From Halobacteriovoraceae bacterium (GTDB taxonomy: Bacteria > Bdellovibrionota > Bacteriovoracia > Bacteriovoracales > Bacteriovoracaceae): 64,000 nucleotides of DNA. Shown here piece after piece: positions 1 to 8,746 of this stretch. Under the pieces are notes generated by a model. The model had not been told where the DNA came from. It did not search any database and was given only the letters and a program-made list of their open reading frames with translations. Location of the stretch: positions 288,001 through 352,000 of the forward strand of contig CAVRCF010000003.1 in NCBI GenBank assembly GCA_963719505.1, written 5' to 3'. The stretch's first letter is position 1. Each line of letters starts with the position of its first letter. The position numbers were made by a program, and so were the translations under genes.

Positions 1-275
1 CAAAGAAGCTTGCAAATTTAATCCACTCAGAAATAGCAAACACCGTTGAGTCTAAGTTTAAAATGAAAGATAGAGGAATAAAGCCTGGACTCTTTTATGT
101 TCTGGCCCTTTCAAAAAGACCAGGTGTTTTGATTGAAGCTGGGTTTATGTCAAATCCTGAAGAGCTTAGAAAAGTGCAATCTAAAAGCTTTATAGAGAAC
201 TATGCCCAAGCTATTGCGATCGGTATAGAAAAGTATCTCATGACTCTACCACCGAGGGACATTCCTCTTTTTTAG
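1..275 (+). CDS. N-acetylmuramoyl-L-alanine amidase (Amidase_3), C-terminal part; gene starts upstream of the window
   Basis: DRGIKPGLFYVL...PGVLIEAGFMSNPEE...YAQAIAIGI matches the Amidase_3 C-terminal signature; the frame is open back to the window start. Confidence 0.85.
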   Translation, partial: KKLANLIHSEIANTVESKFKMKDRGIKPGLFYVLALSKRPGVLIEAGFMSNPEELRKVQSKSFIENYAQAIAIGIEKYLMTLPPRDIPLF

Positions 276-290
276 GCTGATAAAAAAAGC

Positions 291-323
291 AAAAAAAAAT
301 GCGCAAAACCGAAGTTTTGCGCA
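291..323 (-). terminator. Intrinsic terminator on the minus strand (orphan)
   Basis: Perfect stem TGCGCAAAAC/GTTTTGCGCA (300-323) with a UUCG loop on the minus strand, followed by a 9-U run (A291-299 on +). Confidence 0.75.
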
Positions 324-385
324 ATTGAGAGAGGGAGAGAGTACAAAAACGATAAATCGTCTTTGTGTAATCAAATTAACACGTC
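291..385 (-). ncRNA. Candidate small RNA (about 95 nt)
   Basis: Orphan minus-strand terminator between two + genes, internal hairpins, CU-rich linker and TAAAAT -10 element (391-396); inference only. Confidence 0.4.
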
Positions 386-499
386 ACAATATTTTAATAA
401 ATAACAAAAGCCTATTGGTGTAAATGTTACATATCTCAATGGAGCGAGGTAGAAATTACCGCAAGGGCTTTTTACGAACTTCTCGCTATAATAAAACAA

Positions 500-1462
500 A
501 TGAAAAATCGAATAGTTAGCAAAATTAAAAGCGAGAAGATCTTTAAGTCTGAAGACTCGAAGTTTATTCTTGCGACAGCTTTAAAGGTGTCCACGGCGTA
601 CCTTGTTTGCGCTATTTTTGTTGTTTACGCTATCTGGCTGCTAATGTCGGTCAATAATACCTTCTTTGAGGCCAATGGCTTTTTTAGATTTGAGGGGATG
701 GATTCAGCTTTTTTTGATTTTGTGGGCTCAAGGCTTGCTCAAAACTTTTGGTATTTACTGGTTTTCTATATTTTACTCTTTTTTGCGGGGATATATCTTG
801 CGAAAATTCTACTGAGACCCTTTAGCTTGATTGGAGAATATTGCGATAACGCAGCTGATGATCCCAATGCCGTTTACAATCCCGATACGTTTTCAGATTT
901 CAAGCTTCTCACTGGCTTCAGTGAATTTTTCTTTCAGTATCTAAGGGAGATAAGACTTGATAAAAAAATGAAATCAAATAGTATTCCTCCCTCTTTTTCA
1001 AAGGTGAGAGGACCTGTTTTTGATAGAGTTTTCTTTTTTCATTTTTTTCTCTTTATTTCAATAATAGCCATTTGCACGATAAGCTTTATCTCATTTATTA
1101 CAACTGAGGTTTATCAGTCAGTTATTGAACTTGCGATTTCCTCAATTCCTCAAAGTGGGAAAGAAGTCGCTTATTTTTTAAAGAATCAAGAAAGTCTGTA
1201 TAATTCTGTCCAGTATATGGCGATTGGAATTTTAATCATTTGTTATTTAAGTTTATCCGTTCACCTTTATGGAAAAGTCAGTGGAGCGGTGTTTGGATTT
1301 TTCTCTACCATGAGATCATTCATGAAAGGAAATATTAAAGCGAGGATTCATTTGGTGGGCTATCCTCATATTAGGCCTTATAGTAGAGCGTTCAATAAGT
1401 ATTTAGACTTAGTATGTAGAGAGATAGAGGCCGATAAGAAAACAAAATCTCTCAAAGAGTAA
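500..1462 (+). CDS. Membrane protein with two tandem TM-TM-HAMP-like modules
   Basis: 320 aa, four hydrophobic segments; LLRPFSLIGEY and KVSGAVFGF..MRSFMKGNIKARIHL..AFNKYL look like HAMP helices. Confidence 0.55.
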   Translation: MKNRIVSKIKSEKIFKSEDSKFILATALKVSTAYLVCAIFVVYAIWLLMSVNNTFFEANGFFRFEGMDSAFFDFVGSRLAQNFWYLLVFYILLFFAGIYLAKILLRPFSLIGEYCDNAADDPNAVYNPDTFSDFKLLTGFSEFFFQYLREIRLDKKMKSNSIPPSFSKVRGPVFDRVFFFHFFLFISIIAICTISFISFITTEVYQSVIELAISSIPQSGKEVAYFLKNQESLYNSVQYMAIGILIICYLSLSVHLYGKVSGAVFGFFSTMRSFMKGNIKARIHLVGYPHIRPYSRAFNKYLDLVCREIEADKKTKSLKE

Positions 1463-1490
1463 CAAAGTGTAACAAATGGCAAAAGTGCTT

Positions 1491-1515
1491 TAAATTAATG
1501 GCCCTGTGCCGATAT
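1491..1515 (+). promoter_or_regulatory. Possible sigma28 (FliA) promoter upstream of dsbA
   Basis: TAAA-N13-GCCGATAT; -10 matches the consensus, spacer is slightly short. Confidence 0.4.
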
Positions 1516-1573
1516 AATAAATAATAACAAAAGTAAGAATAATATTACTCAAATAATAAAAAAAGGAAAAACG

Positions 1574-2350
1574 ATGAAATTATTAAGTTTACTATTTATC
1601 CTTTGTTTATCAGTGACTTCATGTCAGGTAAATAAAGAGCAGTTGAAGGAAATCCTAAAGAAGAACCCAGACGTTCTCACTGATGCGATTAAAGAAAACC
1701 CTGATACTTTTATCGAAGCCTTGAACGAAGCTGTAAAGTCGGCTCAAGCTGGACAAGCTAAGAAGAGACAAGATGAAGAAAAGAAACAACTAGAAGATAG
1801 CTTCAACAATCCTTTAAAAGCACAAATCAGAGACGATGAAATGTTTAGAGGAAATGAAGATGCTAAAATTACTCTTATTGAGTATTCAGACTTCGAATGT
1901 CCTTATTGTAAAAGAGGGTACTCTACAGTTATGGAGCTTATGGAGAAATATAAAGGTGAGATCAGATTTGTTTATAAGCACCTTCCCCTATCTTTTCACC
2001 CAAATGCGATGCCAGCTTCTCAGTACTATGAAGCTTTAAGACTGCAAAAAGAAGAACTTGCAGCTAAGTTTCATGATGAACTTTATGAAAATCAAGGAAA
2101 GTTGAGACAAGGTGAGAAGTTCTTTAAGACTGTAGCAAAAAAACTAGGTGCTAATATGACGAAATTAGCTAAGGACGTTAAATCTGAAGAAGTTCAAAAA
2201 AGAATTGATGAGGATCTAGCAGAAGCGAAAAAATTTGGTTTTAACGGTACTCCAGGATTCTTATTAAATGGTGTCCCTGTAAGAGGAGCATATCCTGCAA
2301 GTCACTTCGATGGCATTATAGAAGAACTTAAAAAACGCGGAAAGATTTAG
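1574..2350 (+). CDS. dsbA: DsbA-family thiol:disulfide oxidoreductase, lipoprotein
   Basis: YSDFECPYC active site, GTPGF cis-Pro motif, lipobox-like VTSC. Confidence 0.85.
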   Translation: MKLLSLLFILCLSVTSCQVNKEQLKEILKKNPDVLTDAIKENPDTFIEALNEAVKSAQAGQAKKRQDEEKKQLEDSFNNPLKAQIRDDEMFRGNEDAKITLIEYSDFECPYCKRGYSTVMELMEKYKGEIRFVYKHLPLSFHPNAMPASQYYEALRLQKEELAAKFHDELYENQGKLRQGEKFFKTVAKKLGANMTKLAKDVKSEEVQKRIDEDLAEAKKFGFNGTPGFLLNGVPVRGAYPASHFDGIIEELKKRGKI

Positions 2351-2381
2351 TTTATTTTCGTGTGATAAATACTTTGATAAG

Positions 2382-2412
2382 AAGGCCCACTTTTATAAGT
2401 GGGCTTTTTTTT
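2382..2412 (+). terminator. Intrinsic terminator between convergent dsbA and dacB
   Basis: GCCCACTT/AAGTGGGC stem followed by a T run. Confidence 0.8.
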
Positions 2413-2413
2413 G

Positions 2414-3619
2414 TTAATAAATAAGATCCAGTTTAGAGTCGCTAATTGAGATATAGTCCTGAGATAAGTATGACGTTGGACTAAATTCGACGCTCGTTCT
2501 AATAAACTCTTTTACAATATTATCTTGCAGGTTTCGAGCGGGAGTCTTATCTGCATAAGGAGTTGTTTGGTTTAAAACCGCAAACCTCGTCTTACTATCA
2601 TTTAAAAGGTAGCCCGCAAATGCGGAAGTATCATTAAGAGTTCCAGACTTTGCTACGATTTTTTTATTGAAGTTTCCTTGAAACCTTTTCTCCATTGTTC
2701 CCGCATCACTTCCAGGAACGGCAATGATCTTGGTCATATCAATTTTGAGCTCCTCGAGTGTTGAACTAAGCTCTTCTAACATTCTTAAAGTCAGACGACA
2801 TGTTGTGTAGTTAGCACCGAGTCCTGAGCCTGTATAAAAGTAGATCTCACTTGAGTTCGTATTAAGTTTTGTCGTGATGTAGTCGTTAAAGCTTTTTTCT
2901 CCTCCAAGGTAGTTGAAAATTGCATCAGTGTAAAAATTATTTGAATACATATTAACTTGTTTGAAATGTTTAATGATGGGAGAGGATTCAAATGAGAGGC
3001 TCAGATTCGCTCTGTCAGCTTTTCTCTTTGAACGTGAAGCTTTAGCTGCAGAAAAGGATGAAAATGTTAGGGGGTCTCTGCCTTCTTGTTTAAGATGTCT
3101 ATTCACTTGATGATATGTTTGCTTGAGAAGGTTGTCCCATTTATTGGTCTTAAAAACTTTAAGAAGTCTGCTCGCAATTTTCTTTGAGTCGCTTGTCCAG
3201 TTATAAGAGAAGGCACTGTCAAAATGAATCTTAGAGATTCTTTTCGTTCCGGAGACAAAAAGTTTGTCCATTATAAGCATGATATTTTCAGAGACAAAAT
3301 AGGGATCAAAGCCACCTTCGATAAAAAGTTCATCGCCCACAAGATGAAATTGTGTTTTAAACCTAAATTGAGGACCAAGTCTCTCCATGGCCCAAAGGGT
3401 TGTATAGAGCTTGGATACAGAAGCGGGTTTTGTTACTTGGTCAATATTTTGACCCTGGATACCTGTCTCATCTTCAAAGCAAAAGCTCTGGTCAGCGAAC
3501 TCTAAATCGGCTCTCTTTACCTGTGTTTCCCAGTAGATAGACAGATCGTTGGTTGCGAAACCGGAGATAAAGATTAATGAGAATACTGTAAGGGTCAGTA
3601 CTAGAGGTGCTTTCATCAT
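2414..3619 (-). CDS. dacB: DacB/PBP4-like D,D-endopeptidase/carboxypeptidase (peptidase S13), secreted
   Basis: SxxK (PASVSK), SxN (YSNN) and KSGT motifs; signal peptide; AAGGA RBS before ATG 3619. Confidence 0.85.
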   Translation of the reverse strand: MMKAPLVLTLTVFSLIFISGFATNDLSIYWETQVKRADLEFADQSFCFEDETGIQGQNIDQVTKPASVSKLYTTLWAMERLGPQFRFKTQFHLVGDELFIEGGFDPYFVSENIMLIMDKLFVSGTKRISKIHFDSAFSYNWTSDSKKIASRLLKVFKTNKWDNLLKQTYHQVNRHLKQEGRDPLTFSSFSAAKASRSKRKADRANLSLSFESSPIIKHFKQVNMYSNNFYTDAIFNYLGGEKSFNDYITTKLNTNSSEIYFYTGSGLGANYTTCRLTLRMLEELSSTLEELKIDMTKIIAVPGSDAGTMEKRFQGNFNKKIVAKSGTLNDTSAFAGYLLNDSKTRFAVLNQTTPYADKTPARNLQDNIVKEFIRTSVEFSPTSYLSQDYISISDSKLDLIY

Positions 3620-3805
3620 TGTCCTTTTGTGAATAACTTTTCTACAAAAATGGTAACTTTGTGGCAAGCCAATAGGGATGGGGCAGTAAGCATTTCACAC
3701 TTTTTAAATCTTTTTTGTAAATATTACAAAATAAAGTTTGCCATAGACCTAAAAATTCGTAATGATTTTCCTACAGTATTATTAACATTGACATTAGGAG
3801 TTCAC

Positions 3806-4084
3806 ATGAACAGAAAAGAATTAGTAGAAGCTATCCTTTCAAACAAAGCACTTAACCATTTAACTAAAAAAGATGCTGATGCATTCATCAACACAACTTT
3901 AGACACTATCAAAAAAGCTGTTAAAAAAGGTGACGATGTATCTCTAGTAGGTTTCGGTACTTTCACAAAAGTTAAAAGAGCAGCTAGAACTGGTGTAAAC
4001 CCAGCAACTGGTGAAAAAATCAAAATTAAAGCAAAAACTCTTCCAAAATTCCGTCCAGGAAAAGCTTGGAAAGAAATGTTCTAA
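3806..4084 (+). CDS. hup: HU family DNA-binding protein
   Basis: MNRKELV...VSLVGFGTF...RAARTGVNPATGEKIKI...PKFRPGK; AGGAG RBS before ATG 3806. Confidence 0.95.
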   Translation: MNRKELVEAILSNKALNHLTKKDADAFINTTLDTIKKAVKKGDDVSLVGFGTFTKVKRAARTGVNPATGEKIKIKAKTLPKFRPGKAWKEMF

Positions 4085-4115
4085 TTTGATTTTTTAAAAT
4101 CAATTAAACAAAATT

Positions 4116-4140
4116 GGGGAGGCGTTGGTCTCCCTTTTTT
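4116..4140 (+). terminator. Intrinsic terminator after hup
   Basis: GGGAGGC/GTCTCCC stem plus T run. Confidence 0.7.
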
Positions 4141-4153
4141 ATTTGGAGACTTT

Positions 4154-4570
4154 ATGGAACTGATTATACCAATTACAATTTTATTCATACTCACAATCTT
4201 TTCGATACTCTTGATGGGCTACAGTCGGGTGACGTCTGTGAAAAAAGGTTTGGTAAAAGCGGGATACTTTAAGGTTTATCAAAATAAAAGTGAAGCTCCT
4301 TTACCTGAAACTATGGTCAGATATGCCCGTCATTATAATAATCTGCTCGAGCTTCCAGTTTTGTTTTATGTTAGTTGTCTGGTGGCGATGCACTTTCAAT
4401 TAAGCGCAGTTGTTGAGAGTTGGGCTTGGTTTTTTGTTTTAACAAGACTCCTTCAATCCACCGTGCACTTAACTTCTAATTTTATTCCTCTTAGAATGTT
4501 GAGCTTTGTACTCAACATCATTGCACTTTGTGGCATGTGGATCACTTTAGTCGGCAATATTTACCCCTAA
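4154..4570 (+). CDS. MAPEG family membrane protein
   Basis: RHYNNLLELPVLFY...WFFVLTRLLQSTVH...LRMLSF motif, 4 TM. Confidence 0.8.
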   Translation: MELIIPITILFILTIFSILLMGYSRVTSVKKGLVKAGYFKVYQNKSEAPLPETMVRYARHYNNLLELPVLFYVSCLVAMHFQLSAVVESWAWFFVLTRLLQSTVHLTSNFIPLRMLSFVLNIIALCGMWITLVGNIYP

Positions 4571-4668
4571 ATAAAATCTGGTAAGTCATTAATTTGACGA
4601 TAATTATCTAAATCTGCACAAAGGATTCAAATTTTTTAGGCAGAAATTTCTCTATCGGCAGTAACTAC

Positions 4669-4697
4669 TTGATCTAAAGATGGTGAACAGCTATAAT
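4669..4697 (+). promoter_or_regulatory. Sigma70-type promoter of the fliL operon
   Basis: TTGATC-N17-TATAAT, 57 bp upstream of the fliL start. Confidence 0.65.
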
Positions 4698-4754
4698 TTT
4701 GACATAAGGGCATAGGATTTTTGCCTGAATTGGTTAACCTAAGGAGAGGGATAA

Positions 4755-5303
4755 ATGGCCGAAGAAGAAAACACTCAAGGCTCTGAAGCAAAACCTGCTA
4801 AGACTCCTAGTTCAAAAAATCCATTGGTCGCAATTCTCCTCGTTCTAAATATGCTCGCTTTAGGGGCTGTTGCATTTATGCAATATAAGTTTATGGAGAT
4901 GGAATCTAATAAACCAGATCTTTCAAAGTTACTTGCTGAAAGTAATAATGTTAATCCAGATTTGGCATCAGAGGCGTTACCCACTGAAGATCTTAAGAAG
5001 GAGTCACTTCTTGATCTCGAAACATTCACAGTGAACTTGGCCCAAGGTGACGGTCCAAGAAGGTATGTTAGGCTACAAGCCGTGTTGAAGATGAGTGAAG
5101 ACTCAGACTCGACAGAAGTTGAAGCAAGAAAACCTCAAATTAGGGATACTGTTATTAGTATTCTCAATTCAAAAAGACCTGAGGATTTACTAAAAAGAGA
5201 CGGAAAACTTTATTTGAAAGAACAAATAAAATCAGCGATAAATTCTTACTTAATCGACGGCAAAGTTGTTGACGTTTTTTATGTAGGATTTCAAATAAAC
5301 TAG
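4755..5303 (+). CDS. fliL: Flagellar basal body-associated protein FliL
   Basis: N-terminal TM, FTVNL...RRYVRL...PQIRD...LKEQI motif; first gene of the fli cluster. Confidence 0.92.
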   Translation: MAEEENTQGSEAKPAKTPSSKNPLVAILLVLNMLALGAVAFMQYKFMEMESNKPDLSKLLAESNNVNPDLASEALPTEDLKKESLLDLETFTVNLAQGDGPRRYVRLQAVLKMSEDSDSTEVEARKPQIRDTVISILNSKRPEDLLKRDGKLYLKEQIKSAINSYLIDGKVVDVFYVGFQIN

Positions 5304-5377
5304 TTAGCCTAGTTTAAGAAAGTTAAAGTTATGATGAGCAGGATGCTCTTCAAGAAGAAGCCCAGGAGGGGACAGCA

Positions 5378-6382
5378 ATGAGTCAAGTTCTTAGTCAAGA
5401 CGAAGTTGATGCACTATTAAGCGCCGTAAATGATGATGAGTCAGATGAGCTAGGTGGTGGGATTGATGACTTTGATGATGATTATGATGATGATGATGGT
5501 TCTGAGAACGTTCAACCTTATGATCTAACAAATCAAGACAGGGTTATTCGTGGTAGGATGCCTATCCTTGAAATCATCTATGAGCGTTTTATTCGATCTT
5601 TTCGAGTTTCTTTATCAAATTCACTTAGAAAAATTTCAACTATTTCAATGATCTCAACAGACCTTTTAAAGTTTGGTGAATTCGTTAATACATTACCAAT
5701 CCCAAGTTGTATGTGCATTATGCGATTTAACGAATTAAGAGGACCAGCCCTTATCGTTTTTGAATCTAAGCTGGCTTATGCCATTATTGATTCATACTTT
5801 GGTGGAACTGATAGACCTTTTACAAAAATTGAAGGTAAAGAATTTACATCAATCGAATTGTCATTCATGAGAAGAGTAATGGATATGGCCATCACAGACC
5901 TTGAAGAAGCTTGGGCACCAGTTCACAAGATCGATGCACAGTACTCTAGAACAGAAATTAACCCTCAGTTTGTTGGAGTTGTTCCTCCATCAGACGTTAT
6001 TATTACAACGACTTTCGAGGTGGAATTTGAATCTGCTTCGGGAACAATTATGGTCGTTATTCCCTACTCAACAATTGAGCCTATTAAACAAAAACTCAGT
6101 TCAAGCTACCAATCAGAAAATGATACTGTGGACTCACTATGGACTCAGTCTATTCAAGAACATGTTAAGTTCGCTGAGGCAGAGGCTATTGTTAAGCTAG
6201 GTGACACCACGATGAGTGTTGGGGATCTTGTTGGTCTTCAGATTGGAGACATTATTCCTCTTAATCAGGAAGTATCAGGAGAGTTAACTCTAGAAATCGA
6301 AGGCGCTAAAAAACTTAGCTGTTTGATTGGTGAGTATAAAGGAAATCGAGCAGTACAAATTACTAAAAGGATAGAGGACTAG
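5378..6382 (+). CDS. fliM: Flagellar motor switch protein FliM
   Basis: N-terminal CheY-binding LSQDEVDALL motif and C-terminal SpoA domain. Confidence 0.95.
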   Translation: MSQVLSQDEVDALLSAVNDDESDELGGGIDDFDDDYDDDDGSENVQPYDLTNQDRVIRGRMPILEIIYERFIRSFRVSLSNSLRKISTISMISTDLLKFGEFVNTLPIPSCMCIMRFNELRGPALIVFESKLAYAIIDSYFGGTDRPFTKIEGKEFTSIELSFMRRVMDMAITDLEEAWAPVHKIDAQYSRTEINPQFVGVVPPSDVIITTTFEVEFESASGTIMVVIPYSTIEPIKQKLSSSYQSENDTVDSLWTQSIQEHVKFAEAEAIVKLGDTTMSVGDLVGLQIGDIIPLNQEVSGELTLEIEGAKKLSCLIGEYKGNRAVQITKRIED

Positions 6383-6384
6383 TT

Positions 6385-6756
6385 ATGAGCGAAGAGCAAA
6401 ACAATGTAACACCCATTAGTGCAGATCAAAAAGATGCAATCTCACATCTTGCTGATCAAATCAAAACTGGTGATGATGCTCTTAATAAACTCAAAGTTCA
6501 AAACTTGGATTTTATTTTAGATATTCCTTTAAAGGTCAGCGTTGAGCTAGGACGAGCACACGTTGTCATTAAGGATCTTCTCCAACTTGGACAGGGTTCA
6601 GTTTTAGAGCTGGATAAACTTGCAGGAGAGCCACTTGAGGTTCTTGTCAATGGCAAGCTTGTTGCAAGAGGAGAGGTAGTGGTTGTGAATGAGAAATTCG
6701 GAATCAGACTTACAGATATTATTAGTCCGCTAGAAAGAATCGAAACACTTAAGTAG
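6385..6756 (+). CDS. fliN: Flagellar motor switch protein FliN
   Basis: LDIPLKVSVELGR...GSVLELDKLAGEP...GEVVVVNEKFGIR. Confidence 0.95.
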   Translation: MSEEQNNVTPISADQKDAISHLADQIKTGDDALNKLKVQNLDFILDIPLKVSVELGRAHVVIKDLLQLGQGSVLELDKLAGEPLEVLVNGKLVARGEVVVVNEKFGIRLTDIISPLERIETLK

Positions 6757-6769
6757 TAAGGTTAGTATT

Positions 6770-7939
6770 ATGATGAAAATTTACGCTTTTATAACTCTTT
6801 GTTTTTTAACTTTAAGCTTTAGCTCCTTTGCTAAAATAACAGTTAAAGATTTAGACCTGAAAACTGAAGATGGTCGTGGAGTTTTAACGATTAGCTATAC
6901 TGGGAACTTGGTTGATTATCCTGAGTTAAATGTAAATTTAAACTCAGTTGATGTCATCATTCCAAACTCTACAGTTACGAGAACGATTAATAAGAAAGTA
7001 AATTTTGTTACTACGAACAGACATACTCGTATCAAGGCAAGTCAAAGAAGATCAAACGTAACGAAGGTGAAAACAATCGTTCCTTTCACCATTGATAAGG
7101 TTAAAGATAAGGTCTCTTTGGTTATTAAGGATAATAAGATTTTACTGACTTTCCCAAAGCTTAAGGCTGAGTCTGCGTATATCATTACAAAACCTATCGC
7201 AAAAGTTGCGAAATCTGCTCCTGCTGCGGTGAAAAAGGAAGCTTCACCTGTGGCAAAAGACCTCTTAAATGAAGACTATTTAAATTCCCTTATTGATCAA
7301 GAAAAAAGCTTTGCAGCGAACTCAGATACAACAAAAAAAGTTGATAAGGTCAAAACGACTCAATCTAGCCAAGGTGCCACTAAAGCGGCACCAGTAGCGG
7401 CAAAAGCCCCCCAAAAAGGTGTTCTAAGTAGTGGAAAAAGCTCTTTCTCTTTTATGGAGTATGCTGGCAAGTTTGTTGCATTTCTAGGAGTAGTATTACT
7501 TCTGTTCTACGGAGTTGTCACTTTAATGAAAAAGGGTGTTATTAAAAAAGGAAAATTAGGATTTTTAAATAAGACTGATCAGGTGACTGTTCTTAGTCAG
7601 ACTCATATCGCTCCTAAGAAAAGCTTAATGCTTATTAGGGCCCACAACCAAGTCTTTTTGGTGAGTAATACTGAATCGGGAATTCATCCAATTTCTGAAA
7701 TCAAAGATGTTTCGGGACTCATTAAAAATGGAGAAAAAATCATCGCGGGAAATAATTTTGACGATTCTCTCGGAGATGCAAATGACGATACTAAACTTGT
7801 TACGAAAGTAAAAATTAAAGAAGATATTTCTCAGTCAAATAAACAGTCTTCTCTTTCAGAATTTATTGGAACAAAAGATAGAGTTAAATTTTCTGATCAA
7901 ATTAAGAAAAAAGTTAAAGGCTTAAAGCCACTCCAATAA
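6770..7939 (+). CDS. fliO: FliO/FliZ-like flagellar biosynthesis protein with a long periplasmic N-terminal domain
   Basis: Between fliN and fliP; signal peptide, TM, then VLSQTHIAPKKSLMLIRAHNQVFLV FliO motif. Confidence 0.8.
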   Translation: MMKIYAFITLCFLTLSFSSFAKITVKDLDLKTEDGRGVLTISYTGNLVDYPELNVNLNSVDVIIPNSTVTRTINKKVNFVTTNRHTRIKASQRRSNVTKVKTIVPFTIDKVKDKVSLVIKDNKILLTFPKLKAESAYIITKPIAKVAKSAPAAVKKEASPVAKDLLNEDYLNSLIDQEKSFAANSDTTKKVDKVKTTQSSQGATKAAPVAAKAPQKGVLSSGKSSFSFMEYAGKFVAFLGVVLLLFYGVVTLMKKGVIKKGKLGFLNKTDQVTVLSQTHIAPKKSLMLIRAHNQVFLVSNTESGIHPISEIKDVSGLIKNGEKIIAGNNFDDSLGDANDDTKLVTKVKIKEDISQSNKQSSLSEFIGTKDRVKFSDQIKKKVKGLKPLQ

Positions 7940-7961
7940 AGTTAAACCAGGACGGTTAAGT

Positions 7962-8726
7962 ATGAGTTGTTTAGGACGAACAATCTCAAAATTCAAATTA
8001 CTAGTATTTGCGGTGCTCTTTATGATGCCCGCTTTTGCTTTTGCACAAAACAATAATGTAAATTTACCTGGGTTAAGTGTTAACTTCGGACAAGGAACAG
8101 ATCTCGTTGATACCATGCAAGTTGTGATTCTTTTCACAGTCTTAACATTGGCACCTGCTTTTATTATTCTTTGTACATCTTTTACTCGAATCATCGTCGT
8201 TCTCTCATTCATGAGACAGGCGATTGGGACACAAAGTATGCCACCAAATCAACTTTTGATTGGGTTTGCACTTTTCTTATCCGTCTTTGTCATGATGCCA
8301 ACGGGAGAGTCGATTTATAATAATACGATCACTCCACTCATGAATAAAAAAATTACGTCAATGGAAGCAGTTAGAGGGATTGAGAAAGACCTGAGAGTTT
8401 TTATGCAATCCCAAGTTCGTAAAGCTGACATTGGGCTTTTTTATGATGTGACAGGAAAAGCCGCACCAAATGATATTAATGAAGTACCCATTCATTTTCT
8501 CATTCCAGCATTTATCATTTCAGAATTGAAGACAGCATTTCAAATAGGCTTTCTTCTGTATATTCCTTTTTTAATTTTAGACATGGTTGTTGCCTCAGTT
8601 TTAATGGCAATGGGGATGATGATGTTACCGCCGGTTATTATTTCAATGCCTTTTAAACTTCTACTTTTTGTTCTTGTAGATGGATGGTCATTGGTAACAG
8701 GTTCTATTTTACGATCTTTTAATTAG
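7962..8726 (+). CDS. fliP: Flagellar export protein FliP
   Basis: TSFTRIIVVLS, PAFIISELKTAFQIGF, MMMLPP, PFKLLLFVLVDGW. Confidence 0.96.
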   Translation: MSCLGRTISKFKLLVFAVLFMMPAFAFAQNNNVNLPGLSVNFGQGTDLVDTMQVVILFTVLTLAPAFIILCTSFTRIIVVLSFMRQAIGTQSMPPNQLLIGFALFLSVFVMMPTGESIYNNTITPLMNKKITSMEAVRGIEKDLRVFMQSQVRKADIGLFYDVTGKAAPNDINEVPIHFLIPAFIISELKTAFQIGFLLYIPFLILDMVVASVLMAMGMMMLPPVIISMPFKLLLFVLVDGWSLVTGSILRSFN

Positions 8727-8746
8727 GCAACGGCCTAGGAGCAACT

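Noticed and set aside
4652-4678. Antisense sigma28-like -10 element (GCCGATAG on the minus strand)
   Set aside because: No TAAA -35 at the right spacing and no downstream minus-strand gene
4600-4745. Possible c-di-GMP riboswitch or sigma54 promoter before fliL
   Set aside because: No GEMM core architecture; the GG..GC spacing is 12 rather than 10; a sigma70 promoter explains the region
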